This document shows positions 23,245-33,476 of a stretch of DNA of 64,000 bases, piece after piece. Source of the DNA: a bacterium. GTDB lineage: Bacteria > Zhuqueibacterota > Zhuqueibacteria > Residuimicrobiales > Krinioviventaceae. The notes below the pieces were generated by a model. That model was not told the origin of the DNA and did no database searches. It worked only from the letters and a program-made list of their open reading frames with translations. The translations under genes were made by a program, and so were the position numbers. The stretch spans positions 317,219 through 381,218 of the forward strand of contig CAXXFV010000006.1 of NCBI GenBank assembly GCA_963674595.2, given 5' to 3'. Each line of letters opens with the position of its first letter. The first letter of the stretch is position 1.

Positions 23245-24600
23245 ATGGCTCAATATAATATTCTCATTGTCGATGATGAGGAAGCCCAGCGGGAAGCGCT
23301 GGCAGGCTATTTAGTTAAAAAAAAGCACACTATATTTACAGCTCAATCCGGCAAACATGCCATAGAAATCGTTTCAAAAGAGACAATTGATTTGATTTTG
23401 ACTGATTTACGAATGCCTGAAATGGACGGCCTGAGTTTACTTTATAAGACACGTGATATTAATCCGGATATTGACGTTATTGTAATGACGGCATTTGGAA
23501 GCATAGAAAGCGCCACAGAAGCCATGAAACAAGGGGCATTTGATTTTATAACCAAACCTGTTGATTTGGAACAACTTGACATAACAATAGCCAAGTCATT
23601 CGAGCGTAAACAACTTGTTTCGGAAAACAAACGGTTGAGGAATTTGGTTGAAGAGAGGTTGAAATTCGGAGGCATCATATCCGCAAGTAAACCTATGGAA
23701 GAGGCTTTGAGCATTGCTTCAAGGGCTGCTTCAAGTATGGCTACCATTCTGATTACCGGTGAAAGTGGTGTTGGAAAGGAACTCATTGCCAAAGCTGTTC
23801 ATTTTGCCAGTGCACGAGCAGATCAGGAATTTATTGCTGTAAATATGGCGGCATTGTCCGATAACCTTGTTGAAAGCGAACTTTTTGGCCATGAAAAAGG
23901 AGCTTTTACAGGCGCTGATAAGCTGCGAAAGGGGCGATTTGAACTGGCTGATAACGGCACATTATTTATCGATGAGGTTGGAGACATTCCCTTATCAACC
24001 CAGGTTAAATTGCTGCGGGTATTGCAGGAACAGCAAATTGAGCGAATAGGATCTGCGGAACCGATAAAAATAAATGTTAGAGTCGTTGCAGCAACAAACC
24101 GTAACCTGGAAGAAATGGTGCAAAATGGTGAATTTAGGCAAGATTTGTATTACAGGTTAAACGTGGTTAAAATACAAATTCCCGCTTTAAGGGAACGTAA
24201 AGCTGATATTCCCATCCTGGCAAGGCACTTTTTGGAAAAATATGCTGAAATGAACGATCGGTCCATTAAAGAAATATCCAAAGAAGCGATGGATATGCTG
24301 GTGAAATATCAATTTCCGGGAAATGTTAGAGAGCTTGAAAACATTATTGAACAGGCTGTTGTATTATGCCGGGATGATATTATTTCAACTCAGGCATTGC
24401 CTTCATTTTTGAAAAATAATACCCATGAATTTATTAATGACGAAAATTTAAACTTTCAGGAAAAAGTGCATGCTTTTGAAAAGAAATTGATCATTGACGC
24501 AATGGAACAGGCGAGCCATGTTCAAACAAAAGCAGCGGCACTTTTAGGAATGAGTGAACGACATTTACGATATAAATTACAAAAGTATAAAATGAAGTGA
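23245..24600 (+). CDS. Sigma54-dependent response regulator (NtrC/ZraR family)
   Basis: REC domain, GESGVGKE, GAFTGA, FPGNVREL and a C-terminal HTH. Confidence 0.95.
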   Translation: MAQYNILIVDDEEAQREALAGYLVKKKHTIFTAQSGKHAIEIVSKETIDLILTDLRMPEMDGLSLLYKTRDINPDIDVIVMTAFGSIESATEAMKQGAFDFITKPVDLEQLDITIAKSFERKQLVSENKRLRNLVEERLKFGGIISASKPMEEALSIASRAASSMATILITGESGVGKELIAKAVHFASARADQEFIAVNMAALSDNLVESELFGHEKGAFTGADKLRKGRFELADNGTLFIDEVGDIPLSTQVKLLRVLQEQQIERIGSAEPIKINVRVVAATNRNLEEMVQNGEFRQDLYYRLNVVKIQIPALRERKADIPILARHFLEKYAEMNDRSIKEISKEAMDMLVKYQFPGNVRELENIIEQAVVLCRDDIISTQALPSFLKNNTHEFINDENLNFQEKVHAFEKKLIIDAMEQASHVQTKAAALLGMSERHLRYKLQKYKMK

Positions 24601-24612
24601 TATTTTATCTTT

Positions 24613-26016
24613 TTACGGGCATGAATAGGGTGGAAGCGCTTTAATGCGATCCAGTTCTTTTTTTAGTGCCTGGACTTTGTCCGGATATTCGCCGGCAAGA
24701 TCATGCTTTTCACTTTTATCATTTTCAATATTATACAATTCTGTTTCGTGAACAAGCTTCCATGGCCCTCGTCTGACCGCATATTTGTCAGCCCATGTCC
24801 ACATAATAGATCGTTCCGGGACTTTGGCTTTGTTTAGCAGTGTTTCGCTGACATCCATTCCGTCTATTGTTTGATTTACCAGTTTTTTATCAAAATTCAA
24901 TATCTTAGCCAGTGTCGGCACGATGTCCATATTACAGATCATCTGATCTTCAACTCTGCCGGATTCAAACCTGTTGCCCCAGCTTACCATTGCCGGAATG
25001 CGTATTCCGCCTTCGTATACGGTTGCTTTTTCGCCACGGAGAACGCCGTTATCTGCATGTTGATAATAACTTTCAGAATATCCTCCATTGTCGGATATAA
25101 ACCAGATCATGGTATTTTCTCGCAACCCGTTTTTATCAAGATATTCCAGTACTCTGCCAATTTGATCATCCATACAAGCAACCATTGCCGTATAATAACG
25201 CCGGTAAGGGTCCTCTATGTGTGAAAACTTTTCAAGATACTCTGCAGGGGCCTGCAAGGTATTCATAACAGTTTGGCCCTGATAGTCGGCTGTTTTTAAA
25301 TTAAGTGTATTTTCAGGAACATCATTTACATCACTTTTTCCATAATGCGGGGCATTGTAGGCAAGATAAACAAAAAACGGATTGTCTTTTAAAGAAGCTT
25401 TTTGCAAATAATCCAGAGCATGGTCTGTTATCAGCTCGGTTGAATAGCCTTTTTCGTCTTTTGGGGCATTATCTACATACCAATCCTTGCCAAGCGGACC
25501 ATAGGTATGCCGAAAATAATCGACACAGCCTCCGGGCATTCCGCAAAACTGATCAAATCCGTGGTGCATCGGCAGGTATTCCGGTTTGCTTTTACCCAGG
25601 TGCCATTTGCCGAATATAGCTGTATTATATCCCTGATTTTTTAGCATTTCCGGTAGGGTGTTTTCACAATTATCAAAATGTATATCATCGCCGGGCATAT
25701 AAACTTTATTGAGGCCATGTTTGCTGCGATGAGGATAACATCCGGTGAGCAAACTATATCTGGACGGTGTACAAGCGGGTGAGGAAACATAAAATTGCGT
25801 AAATCGGATTCCTTTTTGGGCAATGGAATCAATGTTTGGTGTCGGAATTGTACCTCCGTAACAGCCAAGGTCTCCGTAACCCAGGTCATCCGCATATATA
25901 AGCAGGATATTGGGCTGTTTCGTTGTTGGTTTTTGAGAACATCCGATTGATTGAATGGCTGCGTAACTGCCGAGAGCGGTCCCCATTTTCAGAAATTGGC
26001 GTCTGGAAACTGACAT
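24613..26016 (-). CDS. Tat-exported arylsulfatase-family sulfatase
   Basis: SRRQFLK Tat signal, ADDLG, the CTPSR formylglycine motif, GKWHLG and SDNG. Confidence 0.92.
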   Translation of the reverse strand: MSVSRRQFLKMGTALGSYAAIQSIGCSQKPTTKQPNILLIYADDLGYGDLGCYGGTIPTPNIDSIAQKGIRFTQFYVSSPACTPSRYSLLTGCYPHRSKHGLNKVYMPGDDIHFDNCENTLPEMLKNQGYNTAIFGKWHLGKSKPEYLPMHHGFDQFCGMPGGCVDYFRHTYGPLGKDWYVDNAPKDEKGYSTELITDHALDYLQKASLKDNPFFVYLAYNAPHYGKSDVNDVPENTLNLKTADYQGQTVMNTLQAPAEYLEKFSHIEDPYRRYYTAMVACMDDQIGRVLEYLDKNGLRENTMIWFISDNGGYSESYYQHADNGVLRGEKATVYEGGIRIPAMVSWGNRFESGRVEDQMICNMDIVPTLAKILNFDKKLVNQTIDGMDVSETLLNKAKVPERSIMWTWADKYAVRRGPWKLVHETELYNIENDKSEKHDLAGEYPDKVQALKKELDRIKALPPYSCP

Positions 26017-26174
26017 AAAAAAACCTCCGGATTTTATTCGATTCGCTAGTGCAATATAATGGAAAATATAAAAGGTGTAAAGGAGTTTTTATTATTTTTT
26101 ATTGATTCTAAAGCTCATGAAAGTTACATTATAAAAAATTTTATAAAATAATAAATTATGCAAAGGTCGATATA

Positions 26175-27890
26175 ATGGAACGTCGTACATTTTTTAAAAT
26201 TTCCAGTGCTGCCGCCCTGGCCACATTGGGCCAGGAAACCATATTCAGCAAAAGTACATTTGCTGCTGATAAAAAAAATAAAAATCTAATAAAGCAACTC
26301 GTAAAACAAAACGATGAACGCGTTCCTGTATTATTAAATCAACAGGAGAAAAATAAAGATAATCGTTGGTATGGTGGACATATTAATGATTCCGGTATCC
26401 ATACTCCTCAAGGTACTGCCGCATTGATTAAGACATTAATTTGTACTTATACCCATAAAGATTCAAAATATCACCATGATACATCTCTTATTCAACCATT
26501 GGAAATAGCGGCTGATTATATGCTAAAATGTCAGCATGATGATGGAACTATTGATCTGCATACAACAAATTTTCATTCAACACCGGATACGGCATTTGTT
26601 TTAGAAGTAATAACTGCCGCTTATTTTATTTTCGGATTTAATGATTTAAAAGCTATACAATCCGTATTGGATAAACTACAGGAATTTATCTTAAAAGGTG
26701 CAAAAGCTTTAACGGTTGGCGGAATTCATACACCCAATCACCGTTGGGTGGTTAGTATGGCTTTGTCCCGAATAAATAAACTTTTTCCGGATCCCAAATA
26801 TATTCAACGAATTGATCAATGGCTGAGTGAAAAAATTGATATTGACCCTGACGGACAGTTTACAGAAAAAAGTTCATCCATTTACAGTCCCTTAACGGAC
26901 CGTTGTTTCATTACCATGGCCAGATTGTTAGGCAGAGAAGAACTATTGGAGCCTGTTCGTAAAAATTTAAATATGTCCATGTATTATTTTCACCCGGATG
27001 GGGAAGTTGTTACCAATGCCTCGACACGCCAGGATAAAAATAAACGAAGTTTAATGGCCCCTTATTATTATCCTTATCGATATATGGCTATTTATGACAG
27101 AAACGGGCAATATGCTAAAATAGCCAGATGGATTGAGCAGACCTCAACAGAAAATTTAACCGGTATGTTGAGTTATTTTATGGAGGATGAATTTTTAGCT
27201 AAACAGTTACCCGCTAATAAACCGATACCTGATGATTATTGTAAAGTTTTTAAATATTCTCAAATTGCAAGAATTAGAAGAAAAGATACAAGTGCAACAA
27301 TTCTGGCAGATAATTCGATTATTTTCTCTTTACATAAAGGGACAGCAGCATTAGAGGCTGTGCGATTTGCCGGGGCCTTTTTTGGAAAAGGGCAATTTGT
27401 GGGTGACGAGTTAGTCACCGATAAAAACAATACATTTTTATTAAAACAAAAATTATCAGGTCCATACTATCAACCTTATCCTGCTGATTTAATTCCGGGT
27501 GACGGTGTCTGGGAGAATATGCCGCGTAAAAATCGCCCACAAAGTGAGGTGCAGGTTTGGGATTCTCAAATAAAAATTAATGAAGAAAATGGTGCCTTTT
27601 TAATGGAATTTGACATTTCAGGTACTGACAATGTACCGGTCGCTATAGAGATGGGCTTCCGGTCCGGTGGTAAGCTCGAAGGAGTCGTACCTGTTGACGG
27701 TGAGCAAGATGCATATATCCTTGAAAAGGGATTTGGAAAATATACTTTTGATAATAATGTAATTCAGTTCGGTCCGGGAAAAAGTGAACATACTTATGTT
27801 CAGCTTCGTGGAGCTTTGCCGAAACTGGACTTGCAATGTGTTTATATAACTGGATTTACACCGTTCAAGATAAAGCTTTACTTTAAATGA
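26175..27890 (+). CDS. Tat-exported hypothetical protein (possibly carbohydrate-active, alpha/alpha + beta-sandwich)
   Basis: ERRTFFK Tat signal, 571 aa and a GGIHTPNHRW motif. The function is not established. Confidence 0.65.
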   Translation: MERRTFFKISSAAALATLGQETIFSKSTFAADKKNKNLIKQLVKQNDERVPVLLNQQEKNKDNRWYGGHINDSGIHTPQGTAALIKTLICTYTHKDSKYHHDTSLIQPLEIAADYMLKCQHDDGTIDLHTTNFHSTPDTAFVLEVITAAYFIFGFNDLKAIQSVLDKLQEFILKGAKALTVGGIHTPNHRWVVSMALSRINKLFPDPKYIQRIDQWLSEKIDIDPDGQFTEKSSSIYSPLTDRCFITMARLLGREELLEPVRKNLNMSMYYFHPDGEVVTNASTRQDKNKRSLMAPYYYPYRYMAIYDRNGQYAKIARWIEQTSTENLTGMLSYFMEDEFLAKQLPANKPIPDDYCKVFKYSQIARIRRKDTSATILADNSIIFSLHKGTAALEAVRFAGAFFGKGQFVGDELVTDKNNTFLLKQKLSGPYYQPYPADLIPGDGVWENMPRKNRPQSEVQVWDSQIKINEENGAFLMEFDISGTDNVPVAIEMGFRSGGKLEGVVPVDGEQDAYILEKGFGKYTFDNNVIQFGPGKSEHTYVQLRGALPKLDLQCVYITGFTPFKIKLYFK

Positions 27891-28033
27891 TGACTATGTA
27901 ACATGTAAAATATTTAAAACATTAACTGCTCAAAAGAAAAAGTGAAAGTCCAAAGTTAACTTTTTCCTCTTGATGTGAAATTAATTATATAAAAAACACT
28001 TGTTGACCAATAAGGGTTTATGTTGTTTTATGC

Positions 28034-28076
28034 AAAAGCACTGCTTTAGATTGCAGTTATAGCAGTGCTTTTTTTT
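28034..28076 (+). terminator. Rho-independent terminator / possible attenuator upstream of the YeiH-family gene
   Basis: 12-bp stem AAAAGCACTGCT...AGCAGTGCTTTT with a T8 tail, ending 30 nt before the ATG at 28107. Confidence 0.7.
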
Positions 28077-28106
28077 AATAGATCTCTTAAAAGGTAAAAT
28101 ATTAAA

Positions 28107-29090
28107 ATGATGTTGTCTCGAAAATTCATACCCGGCACAGTTTTGGTATTAGGAATTGCCGCTGTTGCCATGGTTTTGAATCATATTCTTTCTCCATATA
28201 TTCAATTGGAAGCACTAACCATTGCCATAATTCTCGGTATTCTGGCAAATAATATTATGACAATCCCTAAAAATTATAAACCAGGCATTAAATTTTCCCT
28301 AAAACAGATTTTAACAGCCGGTATTGTTCTCCTGGGATTTAAATTGAATCTGGATGCTGTTTTTGCACTTGGACCTAAAATTTTGGTTATGGTTGTTATC
28401 TATGTCAGCCTGGCTTTAGGGTTTTCATGGTTAATCGGTCGGTTTTATAAAACCAGCAACAAGCTTGCAATATTAATCGGTGTAGGCTCCAGTATTTGTG
28501 GAGCATCGGCAGTTGTGGCCATGGCACCATGTATTCATGCGGATGAGGATGATGCTGTTGTAGCCGTATCAATCGTGAGTTTTTTGGGTGCAGTTGGGGT
28601 GATTGTATATTCCGCGATAGCGACGAGTTTTACTGCCATTAGTACAATCCAGTACGGCGTATGGTCCGGATTGTCATTACATGGTGTAGCCCATGCTCTG
28701 GCCGCCGCCTTTGCCCGGGGTGCGGCCGCAGGTGAAATAGGAACTTTTGTGAAAATGGCGCGTGTTTTAATGCTTGTTCCCGTTTCGCTCGTACTCGCTG
28801 TTTGTTTTTCAAAAAATGAAGGCGGCGCAAAGCGTGTAAAATTTCCCTGGTATGTTGTTTTGTTTATCCTTGCAGGCATTATAAACGGATTAAATATACT
28901 TCCGCAAGCCCTGACGCAGGTGCTCGTTAAAACCAGTTCCATTTTTATCTTAATGGCCATGACGTCAATGGGACTTTCTGTGGATTTTAAGCAGGTTGCC
29001 CATAAAGGTGCGTCTGCGCTGATGCTTGGGACAATTTTGTTTATTATAATGTCGGTCTCTAGTCTCTTTTGTATCATACATCTGCTTTAA
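28107..29090 (+). CDS. YeiH-family (putative sulfate exporter, UPF0324) membrane protein
   Basis: About 10 TM segments, GVGSSICGASA, GLSLH and VKMARVLML motifs. Confidence 0.88.
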   Translation: MMLSRKFIPGTVLVLGIAAVAMVLNHILSPYIQLEALTIAIILGILANNIMTIPKNYKPGIKFSLKQILTAGIVLLGFKLNLDAVFALGPKILVMVVIYVSLALGFSWLIGRFYKTSNKLAILIGVGSSICGASAVVAMAPCIHADEDDAVVAVSIVSFLGAVGVIVYSAIATSFTAISTIQYGVWSGLSLHGVAHALAAAFARGAAAGEIGTFVKMARVLMLVPVSLVLAVCFSKNEGGAKRVKFPWYVVLFILAGIINGLNILPQALTQVLVKTSSIFILMAMTSMGLSVDFKQVAHKGASALMLGTILFIIMSVSSLFCIIHLL

Positions 29091-29411
29091 TGAGGCAATG
29101 TATAAATAATTTCGTAATTAGAAATATTCCATCACTATTTATTGTTTCTGATATACGTTAAAAAGATATATTATTTCAATTATTAATAAATTAGGGATTG
29201 TAATTTTAATATAAATTTTATATACTACATTTACCTTGGTGGTGTTATATATTTAGCTATTTAATAAGGGTCTTTTTTTATTTTTTAAACTGTATAAAAG
29301 TTATTATTATATAATTTTTTTCAGTTTATATAATATTTTTTTTTTAAATTTAAAGACTATTTAAACATTAAATAAAAAATTTGGTCGATTTTATTATGAG
29401 ATGGAGGGACC

Positions 29412-29513
29412 ATGATGAAAAAATTAACAGGGCACGAATTTATTAGAGAACTAGGTTGGATACTTTTTATAGCGTTTCTTATTATCGTTATTATATCCGT
29501 TCTCTTTTCATAA
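29412..29513 (+). CDS. Small single-pass membrane protein (33 aa), absent from ORF track
   Basis: GGAGG RBS, then MMKKLTGHEFIRELGWILFIAFLIIVIISVLFS* in an otherwise AT-rich intergenic region. Confidence 0.55.
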   Translation: MMKKLTGHEFIRELGWILFIAFLIIVIISVLFS

Positions 29514-29722
29514 TCATTTTTGGTGAAAATTAGTTATTTATGTTTGATCTGTTTTTTGGACGAATCAATTAATTCTATAAAAAAATGTAATTTTACGGGA
29601 ATACAAAAATTTTACAAGCGTTTTTTTAGATAAATATGGTAAACCTTTTTTCTTGACTTTTCTCAACGGGTTTGCTATTATGATTTCGTAAAATTATATA
29701 GAACATCAGGTCCGGAGGACAG

Positions 29723-30883
29723 ATGAAAATTCATGAGTACCAAGCCAGGGATCTATTGGCAAAGCAGGGAATTGCCGTTCAAAATGGAAATGTAGCATTC
29801 ACACCTCAGGAAGTAAAAAATATCTGCCAGACACTTGAAGGGGAAACTTTTGTTTTAAAAGCACAAGTACATGCCGGAGGACGGGGAAAAGGCGGAGGCA
29901 TCAAGCTGACCAAAAGCATTGACGAGGCTGTAGAACTTTCAAAGCAAATGTTTGGTATGAAACTCGTTACACATCAAACCGGTCCCGAAGGCAAAATTGT
30001 TCAGCGACTTTTTGTAACGGAAGCGGCTGATATTAAAAGAGAGCTTTACGCCGGAATTGTTTTAGACAGACAAACGAACCAATTTGTTTTTATGGCGAGT
30101 CAGGAAGGCGGCGTTGAAATAGAAAAAGTTGCTGCCGAATCCCCTGAAAAAATAATTAAAGAGTATATCAACAGGTCATTGGGGCTGCAGGCTTTTCAGG
30201 CCCGGCGAATGGCCCTTGCCCTGGGACTAGACGGAAAGCTGTTAAGACAAGCCGTTTCCTTTTTTATGTCTCTCTACCAGACACTTGTTGCAAATGACTG
30301 TTCTTTAATTGAAGTTAATCCTCTGGTTGTTACCAAAGATGATCAAATTTCTGCCCTGGATATGAAAATAAACATAGATGATAATGCGTTATTTCGACAT
30401 CCTGAAATTGTTGAAATGCGTGACTTGAATGAAGAAGATCCTCTTGAAGTGGAAGCTTCAAAATCCAACCTGAACTATATTAAACTGGATGGAACTGTTG
30501 GCTGTATGGTAAATGGCGCCGGTTTGGCCATGGCTACAATGGATATTATAAAACTGGCCGGCGCTGAACCTGCTAATTTTCTTGATGTCGGCGGTGGTGC
30601 ATCTCCTGAAACGGTTGAAAGCGGATTTCGTATTATTCTTTCTGATTCCAACGTTAAAGCTGTATTGATAAACATATTTGGCGGCATCGTACGATGTGAT
30701 CGTGTTGCTCTTGGTGTTATTGAGGCGACAAAAAATGTGGGTGTTGATGTTCCTGTTATTATTCGTCTTGCAGGGACAAACGCAGATATTGCGGCTGATT
30801 TATTAAAGAATTCCGGTTTAAATTTCCATGTTGCCGAACATCTTGAAGATGCGGCACAAAAAGTAATCAGTCTTTTGAATTAA
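29723..30883 (+). CDS. sucC: Succinyl-CoA synthetase beta subunit
   Basis: [30 protein letters not shown] and [10 protein letters not shown]. Confidence 0.97.
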   Translation: MKIHEYQARDLLAKQGIAVQNGNVAFTPQEVKNICQTLEGETFVLKAQVHAGGRGKGGGIKLTKSIDEAVELSKQMFGMKLVTHQTGPEGKIVQRLFVTEAADIKRELYAGIVLDRQTNQFVFMASQEGGVEIEKVAAESPEKIIKEYINRSLGLQAFQARRMALALGLDGKLLRQAVSFFMSLYQTLVANDCSLIEVNPLVVTKDDQISALDMKINIDDNALFRHPEIVEMRDLNEEDPLEVEASKSNLNYIKLDGTVGCMVNGAGLAMATMDIIKLAGAEPANFLDVGGGASPETVESGFRIILSDSNVKAVLINIFGGIVRCDRVALGVIEATKNVGVDVPVIIRLAGTNADIAADLLKNSGLNFHVAEHLEDAAQKVISLLN

Positions 30884-30911
30884 AAAATTCCGGCAATATA
30901 AGGAGATTATA

Positions 30912-31796
30912 GTGAGTATTTTATTAGATGAAAAAACGAATATAATCGTGCAGGGAATTACAGGAGGCGAAGGTTCTTTTCATACACGACAAATGCTTGA
31001 ATATGGTACGAAAATAGCAGGCGGTGTTACCCCCGGTAAAGGCGGAACAAAATTTGATGATAAGGTGGATATATTTAATTCCGTTAAAGATGCTGTCAGT
31101 GAAACCCAGGCAAATGCATCCATAATATTTGTTCCCGCTCCGTTTGCGGCAGACGCCATTATGGAAGCCGCTGAGGCTGGTATAGAACTTGTAGTTTGTA
31201 TCACCGAAGGAATTCCGGTGCTTGATATGGTTAAAGTATATGAATATTTGATTTCTTTTGATACACGCTTAATCGGGCCAAATTGTCCGGGTATTATATC
31301 TCCCGGTAAGGCTAAAATGGGCATCATGCCTGGGTTTATTCATTCGCCTGGTCCTATTGGTGTTATATCTAGAAGCGGCACACTTACCTATGAAGCTGTT
31401 TCGCAATTAAGTCAGCGAGGATTAGGGCAAAGTACGTGTGTAGGTATTGGCGGTGACCCTATCATTGGCACCACCTTTGTTGACGCCTTGAAACTGTTCG
31501 AGGATGATGATGAAACGGAAGCCGTCGTTATGATTGGTGAAATAGGCGGAACTGCCGAAGAAACCGCTGCCGATTTTATTAAGAAAAATATGACAAAACC
31601 GGTAATAAGTTTTATAGCCGGACAAACAGCCCCTCCCGGAAGGAGGATGGGACATGCAGGTGCTATAATTGCAGGCGGAAAAGGAACGGCTGAAGAGAAA
31701 ATGAATGCTTTATCCGATGCCGGTGTACATGTTTGTAAAAGTCCGTCTGAAATTGGCGCAATGACAGTAAAGGCCATTGGCAATAGTTCTATTTAA
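30912..31796 (+). CDS. sucD: Succinyl-CoA synthetase alpha subunit
   Basis: [20 protein letters not shown] and the phospho-His motif MGHAGA. Confidence 0.97.
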   Translation: MSILLDEKTNIIVQGITGGEGSFHTRQMLEYGTKIAGGVTPGKGGTKFDDKVDIFNSVKDAVSETQANASIIFVPAPFAADAIMEAAEAGIELVVCITEGIPVLDMVKVYEYLISFDTRLIGPNCPGIISPGKAKMGIMPGFIHSPGPIGVISRSGTLTYEAVSQLSQRGLGQSTCVGIGGDPIIGTTFVDALKLFEDDDETEAVVMIGEIGGTAEETAADFIKKNMTKPVISFIAGQTAPPGRRMGHAGAIIAGGKGTAEEKMNALSDAGVHVCKSPSEIGAMTVKAIGNSSI

Positions 31797-31811
31797 TTGT
31801 GAGAAAACGGA

Positions 31812-32438
31812 ATGAATATGAAACAAACGGATATTGAAAATATTATTAACGACCCTGATTATCAAACCATAATTGATGTTGAGGAACTAAAGCAATTAAA
31901 AAAAGACAATCCTGATATTTTGATATGGGACTCTCAACTGGATTTTGGTAAGGATTTTTTTTCATTCTGGCAAAAACGATTTAACGAAAATGACCGGCGC
32001 GGTGAAGTTGTTTTATGGATAGAAAATCTTGATAAAAAAATACTTTTACATACAAAACCATACTATCCCAATAATATTTATCGCCTTCTGACCGGTGGTA
32101 TTCATTTTAATGAAACTGTTGTCGAGGCTCTTTTTCGTGAAATTTGGGAAGAAACAAGCTTTACTTTAAAAGATTTTAACTTTAACGGTATAATTTTTTA
32201 TAAATTTAAGCATAACGGACTTGTTTTACCTTTTTGTTCCTATATTTATAAAATATCAAACATTGACAAGGAACCGGTAACAATTGATGATGTAGAGCTG
32301 ATAACGGGTTTTAAATGGATTGAAAAGCAAGAATTAAAGGATGTTAACAAACAGTTTGCAGAACTTGGGGATGACTGGAAAGATTGGGCTGACATGCGTA
32401 TAATTGCTCATGAGTTTGTATTTAAAACGAATGAGTAA
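31812..32438 (+). CDS. NUDIX hydrolase-domain protein
   Basis: Nudix box-like GGIHFNETVVEALFREIWEETS. Confidence 0.75.
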   Translation: MNMKQTDIENIINDPDYQTIIDVEELKQLKKDNPDILIWDSQLDFGKDFFSFWQKRFNENDRRGEVVLWIENLDKKILLHTKPYYPNNIYRLLTGGIHFNETVVEALFREIWEETSFTLKDFNFNGIIFYKFKHNGLVLPFCSYIYKISNIDKEPVTIDDVELITGFKWIEKQELKDVNKQFAELGDDWKDWADMRIIAHEFVFKTNE

Positions 32439-32505
32439 TTAACTTTTTTAATTACTTGTTCCGGTATCCGGCAAAAATAATAATACTTTGAATAAAGAGG
32501 ACATT

Positions 32506-33306
32506 ATGGAATGGTTAAATTTGACTGTTTCTGGATTTGAAGCAGCAAAAGAAGAATCGAAACGTGTTTGCATTGTCCCTTTCGGATGTATTGAGAAACA
32601 TTCGGAACATTTACCATTAGGTACAGACAGTATGCTGGCTTATCGTATTGCCTGTTTGGCTTCTGAAAAAGAACCTGCTGTTGTGTTTCCCGTCCAGCAT
32701 TATACCATGGCAGCATCTGCACCGGCCCAGCCGGGCGCTATCGCTTTGGATGCCAAGTTTTCTATGCAAATTTTTGAAACACTATTCGATGAAATTCATA
32801 GAAATGGCTTTAATAAAATAATCCTGTATAACGGACATGGCGGAAACAGAAATATTTTACCTTTATTGATACAAAATCATTTAACACGTAAAATTTCAAA
32901 TTATACCCTTTATTTACCGCCGTTTGACTGGATCATTGAAGATGTTATTAAAAAGTATTGCACCTCGACCTATGGCGGGCATGCTGATGAATGGGAAACG
33001 AGCTTGATGCTTTATCTCTATCCGGAAACAGTTCATATGGACAAAGTACCGGCCCCGGGTGTGGGGGCGGCGCAGGACCGTTTAAAACACCTTAAAGATG
33101 CCGGGATTCTTGTTCCTCATGCATTTTTTTCCGATTATCCTACTCATTATGCAGGTGATGCAACAGACGCATCTAAAAGTAAAGGAGAAAAAGCGGCTCA
33201 GGCAATGATCAAACGATTGGCAAGGGTAATCCATCTTGTGAAAAATGATAATGAAAGTCTTGATTTGCTTAAGCAGTTTCAGGTACTCACCAAAAGAAAT
33301 GGTTAA
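32506..33306 (+). CDS. Creatininase-family amidohydrolase
   Basis: EKHSEHLPLGTD, NGHGGN and GHADEWETS. GAGG RBS before the ATG at 32506. Confidence 0.9.
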   Translation: MEWLNLTVSGFEAAKEESKRVCIVPFGCIEKHSEHLPLGTDSMLAYRIACLASEKEPAVVFPVQHYTMAASAPAQPGAIALDAKFSMQIFETLFDEIHRNGFNKIILYNGHGGNRNILPLLIQNHLTRKISNYTLYLPPFDWIIEDVIKKYCTSTYGGHADEWETSLMLYLYPETVHMDKVPAPGVGAAQDRLKHLKDAGILVPHAFFSDYPTHYAGDATDASKSKGEKAAQAMIKRLARVIHLVKNDNESLDLLKQFQVLTKRNG

Positions 33307-33476
33307 TTATTTTATTTTTTAGTACAAGATGAGTTGATTTTTTTAATAAGGTATTTTAATTTCGGCATATTTTACTATTTTAAGTAAATACAAGAAAATT
33401 CTTGACATATATACAATAGTTTTTTAGATTAATAGAATTCATTCAAAAAATTAACTTATTTTGGGAGTCACGTATT

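Noticed and set aside
28535-29077. Long antisense ORFs (e.g. 28535..29077, 50804..51235, 58201..58614, 31412..31783)
   Set aside because: They are entirely overlapped by well-supported genes on the opposite strand and have no motifs or RBS.
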